Shown piece by piece: positions 12,488 to 26,457 of a DNA stretch of 64,000 bases. The stretch covers positions 11,173-75,172 of the forward strand of contig ADNK01002345.1 in the NCBI GenBank assembly GCA_000320545.1. The letters are read 5' to 3'. The stretch is from Bigelowiella natans CCMP2755 (Eukaryota > Protista > Cercozoa). The position numbers and the translations under genes were made by a program. Every line of letters starts with the position of its first letter. Within the stretch, counting starts at the first letter, position 1. The notes under the pieces were generated by a model that did not search any database, was not told the DNA's origin, and was given only the letters and a program-made list of their open reading frames with translations.

Positions 12488-14091
12488 CTTATGTTAGTGT
12501 TCTTACGAGAAGATGGAGACGGGCACGGCTGCCGTACCTACACATCCCAAGAACTCGTTGCACGCCGAAAGGTAGCGCGCCTTCCCGAGGAGGCTAAGCT
12601 CCTCAGTCCTCTTCGTCGAGACCTTGCCCCTCCAGGCCGCGTGCGTCATCGAGAGCTTCACACGCTTGATGGTCTTGATGAGATCGGTCATCAGGCGGCT
12701 GCGTGCGTCCCTGCATTCCTGCACCCTGTTGTTGAGAGGCTCTATCCTCTTCCACACAACGACCATGAGGCCCGTTTGCACGACCATCACTACGGTGCCG
12801 ACGACCGCAGCCGTTCCGACCAGCCTGTAGACGAAGTAGATGGAGACAGGCAGCGATATCACGGCCCAGGAGCACTGCCCCATGAAGAATACGATCCACT
12901 CGACCTTGGCAAACTTATCGGCATCCGTCGCGACGAGGTTCGTGAGCTTTCCAACGTCGAAGTCCGGCTCGCACTTTGCAGGAAGATAGAGAGCGTTCTG
13001 GTAAAGTGCCTGCACCAAGGCGGAGCGTGCGTTGTTCATGGCGCGGACAGACGCGAAATAGCTGGTCTCGACCGTTGTCGTGCGCACGAGCATGCTCACA
13101 CCTAGTCCTGCAACGAAGAGGAGGTTGGTGCGGAGCGAGTTCTCGCCGTCCAAGAGGTATTGGAGGATGAGCGGGTCCACCATCATGCAGACCAGAAACA
13201 GCCAGCAATTCACAACGCACGACAAGCATAACCACGGCTGGATCGACCAGATTACCGTCACGAACAGAAACCTTCGTCGGTTTGGAAAAAGAAAAAATGA
13301 CCAATGCGATGCCGGGGGCGGGTGAGATTGAGATGATTGATCACATCCGAAACACATCACGGCATATGCGTATGCAGGCATGTACGTTTGCTTACCATCC
13401 TGAAATTTTTTTCCTTGTGGATAGGATTTGGCGTAGGCGCTCGTACAGTCTCTCCGGATGGTCCTGTGAAGGGAGTTTAGGGATATCCCCTTCAGTGAGA
13501 CGGCCATTTTTCTCAGCCCGTGAGAGGACTGGTGTCATCCACCAAAAGGTATACTGCGATATGTAACCTACATCGGAGTATTTATAAATGGGAGAACCAA
13601 CTGGCTTAAGAAAGGATTCACATGCCTGCTTTGTCCTGGTCTGCAACATTCTTCTTCTCTGACGCCATGGGTGCCTCAGAAGTTTTGAGTTCGCCTTTTC
13701 CTTCAATATCCTCAAGTAATTCTTCCTCAAGTTGGAGGTAATCATGGTACTGCGATGATTGTGCTGATCTACAGCAGTTGCAAAATAAACGCTGAGCAAA
13801 AGTGCAGCGTCTCCTGCCTCCCCCCCCTGGATCGAAAACTTCTTCGTAGCCGTTTAAGTTTTGACTACATCCAGGGTAAGTTGATAAATTGGGAGGAGGC
13901 TCTCCAACGGGGTCCTTATCGTTCGGAGAGTCAAAGTGCATAGGGTCATTCAATAGCTTCTTGTTGTGATCGAACAAGTACAGAACGGCTGTGTTAGAAT
14001 ACTCTCGCCTTTTGTGCTCCGAAGGTTATCCAAAATCTACAATTATTTTCATCCATTACATGCGCACATTCCAGAAACTCGCTTTATCCCC

Positions 14092-14154
<63 letters not shown>

Positions 14155-14334
14155 ACAGACATACACAAAGCACTCAGGCACACACGTACCCTTTCGGCGC
14201 GTTTTGGGTTTTGCTTGTGGAGCCGAGCTGCAGCCGGGTTGTGAGGCCTCGACCACACGCCCTTTCACCGTGAACACGGCCGTGAACCTGCGGAAACGTC
14301 GAAAAACGTCCTGCAATTCATGTGCAATGTCCAC
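6455..14334 (-). CDS. ABC transporter subfamily C (MRP-like), multi-exon; 5' end approximate (14.0-14.3 kb)
   Basis: N-terminal YTFWWMTP..L..D.P.L motif and TMD1 (GKLTNLVATDA). NBD1 has GPIGIGKS, LSGGQKARVALARAVY and DDVLSAVDA. TMD2 has FFDTTPAGKILNRF and VSVERV. NBD2 has GRSGCGKS, NFSAGERQLIALARA and DEATANVD. Stop at 6455. Confidence 0.93.
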
Positions 14335-17300
14335 GGAGAAGACACATCCCGGAGTGCTCTTGGTAAGGCTCGGGCGTTCCGCGAAGTTTCTTTCAATTCG
14401 GGGGCGCTTTTTGGGCTTGATCGCCCAAAAAGACGTTATGCTTCTAGAATCGTTTTTTTAGGCAGTTTTGGAAAAAAGCTACGAGAGTACTACGGTACGT
14501 AGTGCACCTTCGTCGCTTTGGGTCGTTTAGATCTGCGACTCGTTCTCGTCCATGTCGCAGCATGCACATTGGTTAGTGTTTTCGCGTGATATTGGTACCT
14601 GCTCCCGATATCTCCGGGTAACCTGAGAGTGAAAAAGGAGCAACTAGTGATCAATCAGCAGGAGGAACAGCTTCGTAATTCCACATACCCCCGGATAATT
14701 CTCCGATCGGAAAGTGGCCAGTATCTTCCAGGGTGCGTCGGGCCCCTAAATCTGCGTACTGGTTATTTTTCTAGATCTCTTTTCTTACCGAATTTTATCG
14801 GGAATCTTACTAAATTAGACATCTTCCGAAATCTGCTCGAACCATCGTTTTCCGACGAGCCCGGCATCGATCCATGTGGCGGGTGTCTTGGAGCAATCGT
14901 CCTTTTGCTCGTGGGGACGTAGTATGGGCGCTGCTCCTAATTTGCTTGATGCTAGCGTGGGCTACTTCCATCCTTTGGCTCCTCAGTAAGCTCGAATGCC
15001 TTTGCCTCCGCTTATGCCTTTCGCTATTGTCCTCGTCATGGATCGAACGAACATGCCTGACAAGTTGCTCATCTCGACAGCATCAATGAACGTCGACTCC
15101 AGCTTTGAGCCTATCGGTATGGAAAAAGTGTTCTTTTTTGTTTCAAGTGAGCAAAAACGAAATACATTCTGGTGATTCATCAACTGGTAGGGAGTCTTTC
15201 CGAGGAGCTACATGCATGCAAATCGGTGCATGGGATTGGAGAAGCGGCCGCGACAGTAGGCTCGAATCTGGTGAGCAACCGTGACCAACGTACCACAGAA
15301 AAGAATGCTGTGCTGTGTGTGCTGAGATAAGAATAAATCAGGCCCGAAAGTCAAAGATATGGGCAATACTGTACAAGCACATAGAGCTGCCAATCGGCGC
15401 GCTTGTGGCAATTATCCTGCTTTCATGCCTCTGGTCCTCCCATGTTGTCATCGATCTACGTTTGCACCGTCCTTCTCTGTTAATCGGAACAAAGGAATCC
15501 GCATTGGTTTCGATATCATTCTCAGATGTATGTATTTCTACACCTTGCATGATTCGGATTGCGTTGTTTGGTATCCTTGGTTCCATTCCCCGTATTGCAG
15601 GCTTGTGGCCCTCCAGTCATGTGGTTATATCGCGGTATGCAATCAACAGTATCTAACCTAAAAAGAGGGGATTCGACGTTTATCATCGCTTTCATCGTGT
15701 AAAAAAAAATAGGTGTGGATGACGATGCTTATCAAATCGGCAGCTCTCGTTGCATTGGGTGTGCGTTTCGAAGATTACGGTCAGTGTGCATGCGTCGGTG
15801 CGTACGCGTTACATTTTCGTAAAGTGAGTTGATTATTTTCCCATCAGGATTCACATCCGCGTCTCACTCGTGCTACATGATCGGTTTTGGATTGGCGCTT
15901 ATAACGGTATGAGCCGCTCTTGAAAAACACCGAAGCAACACACGCCTCCATCTTAAGGGAAACGTTAAACGTGATATAGTCGAAGCTAGCAGCCTAATCG
16001 TCGAGTGGAATCTCTGTGTAGGTGTGGCAATACAAGAGAATCAACCTAACAGCCCAGATCCTGCAGAAGGTAAACATACTATCTATTATATGATGTGTAG
16101 TGTCCAAGTGCACTCGGTTTTAGAAGGAAAAAACAAAAGTCTTAGAGAACTATGCGCCGAATTTACGTCTTAGTATAAACATCCTGTGTGCATGAGATAG
16201 ATAGGCACGCACACCACCCCCAACCAGGGACACAAGCAGCAGAATCACCATTATCACCGCCGCCTCTTCAGGTCGGGCAGAGTCTTCAAGAGACGGGGTG
16301 GCAAACATGGTAATAAGACCAACAACAACTGAATATGTGACTGTTGCTACGAAAGTAATATAAATTCAGATTCTACGGTCATCACTAACTTCCTTGTTCT
16401 TAACAGGGCTGCGGCGGCTATTCTGCAAGCGCTGTTCGCCCTTGTCTTCTTGGTAGGTATATATGATGATGTGATGACGACGGTGATGATGATGATGAAG
16501 GAGGAGGAGGAGGAAGGGGGGGAGGGGGCTGGTGGTAAGATTTATCCGCCCGCCTTCTTTGAGAAAGGCTTCCTGTCTCTTTCATCAGATTTTGTGTTCT
16601 TTCCCCTTTGAATTTTGGAGAAGTGTCAGGCTGTATTTTTGCAGAGTGGGTTGCATACACCGCTCTTCACGTTTGATAATGCAACAACATCATTGTTATC
16701 GCCAAACCACCAGATGTTCGCGTTTGCCAGCGTGAGCTCCTTCTTTGTCTGGGAACTCCGACGTAACAACACGGTAGCAAGTAGGAGCAGTAGTATTTCT
16801 ATTCTTCTTATTAGTAAGTAGTAGTAGCAGTAGTAGTAGTAGTGGTAGTAGCAGGGGAGGAGGAGGAGGAGAGGGATTTCGGAAAAGCAGAAATTTAAGA
16901 GAGAGAAAAGTTGTGTGGTAGTATTTATTGGACGAGTCTTTACTATACCTCGTCGTCAAAGCAAATAGCAACAGCAACAACAACAACAACAACACTAGCA
17001 GCAGCAGTAGTAGCAGCACCTATAAACCTACAGGGTCATTGCGTGCTAGAGAGATCGTCGATGGCGCAGAATATTCAAACGGTACGAGCATGTGGTGTGG
17101 GGAGGGGGGGGGGTGGGGCTGTGCGAATTGGAGCAACTCGTTTATTAGTTAGCTATTATGATTTTTAACATGAAAAGGGCTTCGGAAAGCCCTTGCTACT
17201 GCTTCTACTACTACTAGTAGTAGTACCACTAATACTACTCGCATGTGGGCATTTCCTTCTCATCCCTCCTCTATTTCCTCCTCCTCCTCCTCCTCCTCCT

Positions 17301-17778
17301 CCTACTCCCCGCCCTCCTCTTTATTCGGTTTGTTCCTCAGCTCTCGGCGCTGGCCTTCGCTTGGGCGAGCGCATTTCTGCGCTCCGGACGCCTCCTCGTG
17401 GTAGCATCGAGCACGGTATTATACGCTGCTACCCGATTGTTGTCTGTCGTTGTTTTAGCAGCAACATCGCCAGCATTGTGATGATAATCATGCTTGCTCC
17501 CAGAGGTGGCAGGCGTAAACAACCCCCCCCCCCCCCCCCCCTCCCTATTCCCCGCACACTCGATGCAAATAGATGAGGGGCGTCGTCGGCGGCTACGTTG
17601 TCGGCCAGGCGGTGAGCGACATGTTGTTCAGTGATGATGACGATGGTTAAGAAGCGCGTGGCGATTTGATGATGATGATGATGATGATGATTACGATAAT
17701 GATGAATGATGGCAATAATGATCATGACAGCGAAATAGTGGGAGGCAAAGAGCAGCACTCCTCAACGTTATTCTCTCT

Positions 17779-17843
<65 letters not shown>

Positions 17844-18022
17844 TTCTCCCAGGGGGAGAGCGTCGTTACGATGGGCGCGTACGTCTTCGCGCTGGTCTTG
17901 GGAATGGTGAGTATTGAGAATAGAAGCAGCAGCAGCAGCAGCTCTCCCGACTGTCGCAAATGGCAGCAGGAGGAATCGAGAATGGGGAGCAGTAAATAGG
18001 AGAAGCAGAAGTAGTACTAGTT

Positions 18023-18065
<43 letters not shown>

Positions 18066-19363
18066 CACTAGCAGTGTAAGGTTGCATATAGGAGTCGATG
18101 CTACTATACTGATGGCAAACCAACGATTCACGTAGTTGGCTTGGGAGTACGTTGATGGGGTCGAGGAGTTCCACACTCTTTCACAAGCAGCTCAAACGGT
18201 CATTCACCCATTAACCCATCCCCTCTCTTTGCGCACCGACCCCGTCTCCCCTCCCTCCTCCCCTTTTAATCCTCCTAATTTGTCCGAACGCGATCATCAT
18301 CATCATCATCATCACCACCACCACCACCATCATAATGATAATAGCGTAATACACCCCCAGATGACGGGCGAGGTGCTGTTTTATCTTCTCTTCATCGTCT
18401 ACATGCTGCTCACCTACTACCCTATTCTCTCGCTTATGGTAGTGTTAAGCAGTTGCAACAGTAGTAGCAGTAGTAGCAGTGTAGTAGTCATAATACTTGC
18501 GTGTTTATGGCGTCTCCCCGCCCTTGTCATTACGTCGTTATCGTCGCGCTGCTCACTAATGCCGAAATCGATCTTCCTTTCATGCGACTTGGTGTTCACC
18601 CACTTACCACTTCCTCCTCACCCCCCCCCCCTCCCCCTCCTCCTCCTCCTCCTCCTCCCTCCTATCAGTTAAGCGTGATCTTCTCGGACTTTCTCCCTGA
18701 GTTCATGACTCCCTTCCTCACGGGTTTGTTTGTCGCATGTGGGGCGCATCTCCTCTTCGGTTTCCTGGGGGAGGTCATCCTCGCCGCTCTTAACGCGATT
18801 TACTTCTGCTACTGCATCGATCTCGACGAGGCGCGAAGGTGAGAGCCAATAATCACCGCACCATCCACGTCGCCGGGAAGCAGAGGAGGCGAGAGCTTGT
18901 GTCCCTTGGATGATCATCTGGAGAGTAACAATAGCTGCGATTGGAGGTGCACTTCCCAGCGAGTTGCGTGGCTGATGGTTTTGTCTGTCTTTGTGTGTGT
19001 GTGTGTGTGTGTGTCTGTGTTTGCGTTGTGTTTTATTTAGGCGGCACACTCGGAGGAGGGGGGGCAAGGTAATTCCGAAAGATCGAGCGATTCGCAATCA
19101 TCCCAAGGCTTTTTTACCCACTTATATTCGGAACAGCACCGATGATTCTTGAAGAATAGGAGAAAGAAGGGGGAGAAGAACAAGAAGAAGAAGAAGAAGA
19201 AGAAGAAGAGGAAGAAAAGGAGCATTTGTTTCTCTTTGTGATGTTGTTTGCTGATTGTAGCCGATGCCATCATCTATTGATATCATTTTATGTGAATAAT
19301 GCCCTTCTCCGAACAGGAGAAAATTGCCCTCGGAGAGCTGTTTGAGCAGGTTATGGCAGCGAT

Positions 19364-19397
<34 letters not shown>

Positions 19398-19947
19398 ATG
19401 CAAATAGAATGGAGAGAGGGGGATGCGAAGCTGAAGAACTTTCTTCCTCGTAGTAGTATAGGGTTCGTATTCCAGCACATCGTCACTATCATCATCATCA
19501 TCATCATCATTATCATTATCATCATTTTCATCATTACCATCATCGTCGTCGTCGTCGTCGCTATCGCTATCGCTATTTGAAACAACAGCTCGAGGAAAAT
19601 GAAGGTTTCCCGCCGCGTCCATCAGCCCCCCCTCTAGCTACTAGCGGCCACTACGAGGGGGGGTATAGGGAAGAGGACGAGGAGGTGAATCTTACTCTTT
19701 CCGCACCAGATCCCCTCTACTTAACACAAATAAAAACTCATCATCATCATATCCGACTACACATCTGTCTCACAAATCGCCTCCCCTCCTCCTCATTCCC
19801 TAGAATAAATGGGTACCCCCGTCGAATTTGGCGAGAGGGGGACGAGGAACATCTTACGGTGGCGGGGGGGAGCAAGAAAGGAAGGTAGCAGAATGCGCCA
19901 ACCTCATCGTCGCTATTCATTATCATCATCACCACCATCATCGTTAC

Positions 19948-19979
<32 letters not shown>

Positions 19980-20100
19980 CTCACATCCACCAAGGCCACC
20001 CATCTCCGCCTTCTTACCAAGGACACCGTTCGCATAGAACATAAATTGTTCGCGCCTCCATCCCCTCCCCGGAGTCACTCTGGAAAGCTCATCGTGCTGC

Positions 20101-20131
<31 letters not shown>

Positions 20132-20322
20132 CCCTTTGGTAATTCTCGCGAGCTACATCTACCCATCACTGGGACTAAATGACTACTGCTCCACCTCGCG
20201 CTATAATAGGCTGCAACGGGCGGCCGCCCCTCCGCCCCCCCTCTCGACGATGACCTCCCAGCAGGTCGTGATAGGGAGATGTAATAGACAGGCTAGACAA
20301 GCCCATCAAATCTCACACGTCT

Positions 20323-20360
<38 letters not shown>

Positions 20361-21539
20361 AAGCAAGGAGGTATATACTGGCACGGAAATACCCTGAGCG
20401 CTGGTGCGCTGCCTGTTCATCGTCGTCGTCATCGTCATCGTTTTCGTCGTCGCGTTAACTGATATTAGATTGTCCACCATCATCCTCTTGCATTTGCTGC
20501 TGCTGCTGTTGCTGCGCGCGAATAGGGACGGTATTGGGCTCGGAACGGACACAGAAGAAGTACGACACCTTTGACTGAGAAAGGGGAACAAGAGGAGGGC
20601 CGAGAATTAGAAAGGATCAGCAGCCGATTTCTTCCTGAGCTGCTGGCGGCACCGTGCACCTTGTCGTATCTCGGTGATGTATTGCCACTGCAACTATCTA
20701 CAAAGATTATATCGTCGATCGCACCGCGCAGCGCAACCGCAACTAGCAGCGCAAGGTCGTCACGACAAGGTGTTGCCCTGGCGCACAGTGCATATATATA
20801 TATAATGTTTGCAAGTCTAAACACGTCAAATTATTTCAAGCCTGCTGTCAAATTCTCGCGTGCGGAGTTGAGAGCCTAACATACCAACAGATCGATGCGT
20901 CTCCTTCAACATTGTGCTGTTTGAGAGTTTCATTTAATCATGTCGTAGCTGCACAATGACACTGCTATTTCGTGTGAAGACGCATAGTACGTACGTATGT
21001 ATGAAGAGCCTCAGAGTCTATAATTTTCGTATTGGAATGCATGAAGCATCTATGGCGCTACTATGTACATAAGGGCCTCGGTCGCTGTCAATGACACGTA
21101 AAGGTTACCAGCGCACATGAATAGCAGTGTTCGCGCCCATATGCCACACCTCACGAAGCTTGCATAGATGTCACAATGATTCTGATAATAGAATTACGTG
21201 TCTATAATTCTGCGACTGCGCTCACTCCTCTCTCTTCTCTCTCTATCTCTACAAATGCATTCACACACACAAACACACACACGCTGTACACACACACATT
21301 TTCTTTATAACGTAGATGATTAAAATACTGTGAATTCATTATTGGACATCACAGTCCAATGAGCTTCTTCAAGCGATTAGCCTATCCTTGCTGTATACCG
21401 GCTTTCTCACTACTTGTCTTCCCGCTTCATAATCTGATCCAATAACTGGTCACCGAAATAAGCAGAACAGCGTGTTAATTGAATCATACAGAGAGAGAGC
21501 AAGGCTCCTGCAAAACACAAACTACACCACCGCCTACCT

Positions 21540-21575
<36 letters not shown>

Positions 21576-22071
21576 TCACGACGCCATTATAATTCGACGA
21601 AGTCGGGGTCTACCTTCCGGTGCTCTTTCGCATCCATCTTCATGAACATTTCAAACATAAAGTAGAAATCCTGCGTTGGAAGGAGAATGAGAGAGAAACA
21701 TGGACAGATAGACATGGAACTGGAGGGGGGGGGCTCGGGTTGAGGAAAGGCAGAGACGGAAAAAAGTAGGGAAAACACCATTTCCTATCGTCATTTTATT
21801 CTCGTCGTCATCTGTATTGTCGTATCCTCATCATCATCATCATCATCATTCTCAGCAGCGGCAGCATCCTCCCATCCCTCACACGACCTGGAGGCTAGAG
21901 AGTTTGGTATACTCCATGAGCGCTTTCTTCCAGCTCTTACGTTGCTTGATTAGCGGGCAAAACTCGGAGTAGAAATGGCGCACGCTCTTCCCAGATTGCC
22001 CAATCGCAAAGGCAACCTACCCAATTTCATGTTAACACAACATCATTACTATCATCACCACCATCGTCATT

Positions 22072-22105
<34 letters not shown>

Positions 22106-22295
22106 GTAGCAGCAGCAGCATGTTCAGTGGGCGATGATTTCGCACTAGTACTGCTAATGACTACTTCTCCTATTGTTTTTTTACCGCCCATGCTCCTGCA
22201 TCGTATGCCAACTCACGATAGCCGCCTTTAGCTTTGAAATCGGCCTGATACGTGCGTGCGTGCGTGTGTGTGTGTGTGTGTGTTTGTGAGTGTGA

Positions 22296-22337
<42 letters not shown>

Positions 22338-22557
22338 TATATGCTTATAAAATACATATTTATAATATACATTGTACAAACATATATATTATTCTTCAGT
22401 GCTATATGGCACAGTCTAATACTGAAACCAGCTCCTCGTTTGCACGTGTAGAAAACAAAGTTCCGATCATTAGTCTCATGATGTAGAAGCATCAGCAGCA
22501 CCTTTTCTATGTCCTCCATGTGTTCTATCGTTATTCTGGAAGGATGATGATGATGAG

Positions 22558-22588
<31 letters not shown>

Positions 22589-23072
22589 AACCGAAATAGG
22601 GAATGTAAATAAGAGAGAAAGGAAAAACAAGAAAGCGCACAGGGGCGGGGGAGGGGGGGGGGGGGAATAGTCAAGGCCCAGTTCCTCAATATGCTATCAG
22701 CAAGCACGAACATTCTCAATACGCTGATTCTCGCGGACGATAACGGCTTTGCTTGACTCACCCTTCATTTTGCTTGCGCCATCTCTGAGCTTCCTCCATG
22801 TGAAACCTAGATCACACCATCATCATCAACTTCATCAACAACAACAACATCTTCGTTATCATCATCGCCAACGCTGCTATCATTATGCGTCGTCATCTTC
22901 TATTGCTCCTCTATTGCAATCGCGACGAATCTACGCTCTGTCCCTCTCTTTCTCTTGCTCTCCGTCTATCTGCTTATCTCTCCCAATCAGTCTCAGATCC
23001 CTAGGCATCTCTAAGTGCATCCCCCAACAACATACCTTTTGTTACTATTATAATTACTACTACTACTACTAC

Positions 23073-23104
<32 letters not shown>

Positions 23105-24157
23105 CCATCATCATCGCCACTATCACAGTCACTACATCATCTGTTTCTCGAATGTCTCCAAGACGTTCCATTTGTTACAGCCCCCGAGGTAGAACGCCAG
23201 GAACTCAGCCGAGCCCTCCTCCAGCCACGTCGCTGATTCCTCCAGGTAGCACCCCTACCATGGGGGGGGGGGGGGGGGGGGGGGGTTTCATGGGGGGGTG
23301 ATGAGGGAGGCGACGATGATGCCGTAGCACGCAGCAGCAAAATGCTGGAGGTGGCAGCGTCCGGAGAGTCAAATGCTGTGTTTGTTTTCGGAGAGCAAGC
23401 CCCGCCACCAACTACATCTCTTCTGGTGATGGATGGGTTGATGATATATTGTCGCAGCGAGAAGATACCTGATATACATGGAAGTACTCGTGGATCCCCC
23501 GCGTGGACACGTAGTTGGGCGTCTGGAGCTTCTGCGAGAGTAGTGTGGGGGCAGTGAGATGGTGAGCCGTCGCAGCCCGATCTCTCCTGTTGACTCAGCG
23601 CTGCGCTCTCGTGCGATATGTGCATGTACGTGTGATTTACATGCAAAGAGGCGAGAAATGTTCCTGTCATCATCACCATCTCCACCTCCACTATCATAAA
23701 ACCATCCATTCATATTACACGATCGTTGAAGCCATGCACTGCGAACTTGTGCGTGTTGCAGAACACCATGCCTCTCCCTTCGTCCACAGCGCCGCTACAG
23801 AGAAGGGGCGGGGGGGGGGGGATGGGGGTTGATCCTTGAACAGCTCTGACGCTATTTTCAAATGTGTATTTCAGTCTCACCACACGTATGCGTCTCCCTG
23901 GTCACTTTCCGCCATTTTGATTATGTGCTCTGAGCAGCCATAATAATGATGATGATGAGGAATTCTCGTCGTTTTCGGTGTCATACATCCATCATCACAA
24001 CGCGTCTCACAACCCTTTTCGCCGCACATGGGCCGGAGGGCTTTCAAGTTGGCTTCCGTGTCCTCTGCAATTAATCATATGTCACGGTGGTGCGATGGTG
24101 TGGAACTATATTATTGTCTTTCCAGTCGCGCAGCAGCGAGCAGGCTAGACGTTGTTG

Positions 24158-24192
<35 letters not shown>

Positions 24193-25330
24193 CTGTCGTG
24201 TCATTGTGGTAGTTGTCATTTGCTGCGCACTTCCTCCGACGATGAAGATTGTCAACTCTCCGTAGCTCCCGAGGTATTTCCTTCAGAGAGAGGAGGAGGA
24301 GGAGGAGGAGGAGGAGGACCGATAAGGAATCATCATGGCGATTTATAGAACAAAGCTCGCCGCGCAAATTCTTCTACTTCAGTACGGAACTAATATCGTC
24401 GGGTCAAGTGTTAAATAGCAGCCCAAGCGACCGAACGACGCGACAACCTTGCAGTGTCTATTCCCGTCTTAATTAGCCTCCATTGCTCTCCTTTCTTATC
24501 ATATCCGGCGCTGATAGGTCAAAAGCAGAGTAGGAGCACCCCAACCACGCATCATCAACAGCTCTCTGTGATGCATGTTGGGGTTGCTGCAAAACCCCAC
24601 GAATTTCATTGTTAAATGATGTCACTCGTTCCGCCAAACCTTCTATGATACGTCGGCTCCCAACCAGGAGGCATCTTACGTGTCGGAGGGGGGGCCCCCC
24701 CATGGTCATCTAACGAGAAGCAAATGCACGAATAAATAAATACGTCACGCTGCTGCTCGCGGCGGCGCCAGTAGCGTTTCAGTGGTCTCATTCGGCAGGC
24801 ACAGAAGGACATGTGAGGACACGTAACGACCTCCCGACGAGTGAAAGCGCCCCTGCAAGAACAACGAGGCGAACTATCAGAGGAGCATAGGAGAAGGATG
24901 GGATGGTGGAGGGACTGACATAAAAGTGTGCCATGTCCTGGTGCGTGTCCATCGCAGCCCTGCTCATCTGCAAATATTGAATTGGTCGGTGAAGGGGTAG
25001 GTGTGCTAATCTAACGAGCGATGATCGCCTCGCCCCATCAACGATGATGGCTTTTTATGCACAAGGAAAAGAAGGAAGAAGACATCTACCCTCTCTGTAG
25101 AATCGAGAATTTTAGGCAGAAATTGATGGATCACATTGGGGTCCTTTATCTTCTTCCCCTCGGTCTGAGTTGGTGGTGTGTGATGGTGGTAGTGACGATG
25201 ATGATGGTAAAGATATATGACGGCTATGAGTAACGGAAAACACACGCCTGCTGTGGTGAAAATACTAACAGTAAAATATTGACACTCGCAGACGCACACG
25301 CAGACGCACACGCAGACGCACACGCACCTC
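7480..25330. repeat. Dense intronic microsatellites and homopolymers ((CAT)n, (TAG)n, (GT)n, (CT)n, (TA)n, (GGA)n, poly-C/G); also across 42.5-47.6 kb and 51.6-63.6 kb
   Basis: Directly visible, and almost all lie between the exons defined above. Confidence 0.9.
14552..19890 (+). CDS. Multi-pass membrane protein, probably choline transporter-like (CTL/SLC44); many small exons, both ends approximate
   Basis: Chain of hydrophobic GT-AG exons: IGALVAIILLSCLW, VWMTMLIKSAALVALG, AAAAILQALFALVFL, LAFAWASAFLRSGRLLVVA, ESVVTMGAYVFALVLG, VLFYLLFIVYMLL, GEVILAALNAIYFCYCIDLDE. The last resembles the CTL C-terminal 'I..C...D' motif. Confidence 0.55.
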
Positions 25331-25969
25331 CAGCATAGCTCTGAGGCGATATAGGTCTTGCTCGATTTTAATGACTTCCGAGAGAATGCTCTTCGCGATT
25401 GCATTCTGGCTCTTTCGCATCGCCGAAGGTAATAATGTTTCTGATATGATAGATCAATAATCACTATCATGTAAACTCTCCTATACATCGCTTCGCGTGC
25501 CCAAATGTCAATGCAATTCACTACAGGCAGCGTAAGCCGCCGTGAGAACTCTCCGCTAATCTCTACGATTTCGGTGTTCAATTCGAAAACAATTATGGCA
25601 GCCGTTCGCCTGGGCATTCCTATACACGTGCGGACCAAATGCACGGAGGAGGAGCACGAGGCCGGTGGTGGCGGGGGTGGTAGCGGGACGGCTGCGAAGA
25701 CGACGACTCCGCCTCCTTCCCTGATGTCGGCACTGTTTCTAAATGTCTATCAGCAGGGATGAACGCAGTACTCATTACGATGTTCTCCCGATATTTTCGT
25801 GCCTAAAATACATTTCCTCCGCTGTCCATTCCGTTTGTTCTGCGTTACGCTGTCGCATCCCGCGAACGCAGGGCCTTCGACAGAACGAGCGCGGTATTCC
25901 GATGTTTGGCGTGATGGGGGTTTCTGTGATTGTGCAAGTGGAGTGTTGATTTTTAGACTGCGACATCAA
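21410..25969 (-). CDS. Gluzincin-type zinc metallopeptidase-like protein, multi-exon; start approximate
   Basis: Splicing joins GIHEYFHVYQ (HEYFHVYQ at 23469-23492) to GCYLEESATWLEEGSAEFLA (WLEEGSAEF at 23201-23227), giving HExxH plus a downstream EG.AE. Later exons read LAYDAGAW, FYSEF..., DFYFMFEMF, LLDQIMKREDK*. Confidence 0.7.
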
Positions 25970-26457
25970 TGATGTTCATGTCGTAGGCTGATATTCTTCG
26001 GTGTTTTCTCGAGTTCGCAGTGCAATTTATTTTGTAGGAGCACCTCCAGATACCCACTGACGGAAGAAAGCCGGGAAAGGAAGAGGTCCGGATGGAGATC
26101 GGAACGGCTTGCGCATTCTTTTTGATTGTAGTGCTATGTGCCTGTCTGTGCGGATATGTGTAAATTCGATGAGTTGTGCGAATTGCACGTGCATGGTCGT
26201 GATCGTGATCGCGATCGCGTGCGCCGGTGAATGGAAGCGTGACGACGTACTTGCTGTTGAAGAAGCAAAATACTTTTGACTAAAACCTAATAATACGTTC
26301 TATGTGCGAGATAGCTCTAATGTACTCGCGATATTAATCTTCCCAGAAAATATTCCAAAGATGATTAGCTCCACTAAAGCATTTCTTCGTATGGTTTACA
26401 TTCCAATTCTACTGATGGCGTCTGTCAAGGTATATATTGTTGCATAATTACGATTGG

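Noticed and set aside
12263-13105. Long plus-strand ORFs (also 50034-50777, 53422-54123 on minus, and 56139-56663)
   Set aside because: They are antisense shadows of GC-rich real exons (ABCC, ADE1, Rmp1-like, kinesin).
16400-20900. Many poly-L/M/H/S/T ORFs in the ORF track
   Set aside because: They are translations of intronic or UTR trinucleotide microsatellites, not proteins.
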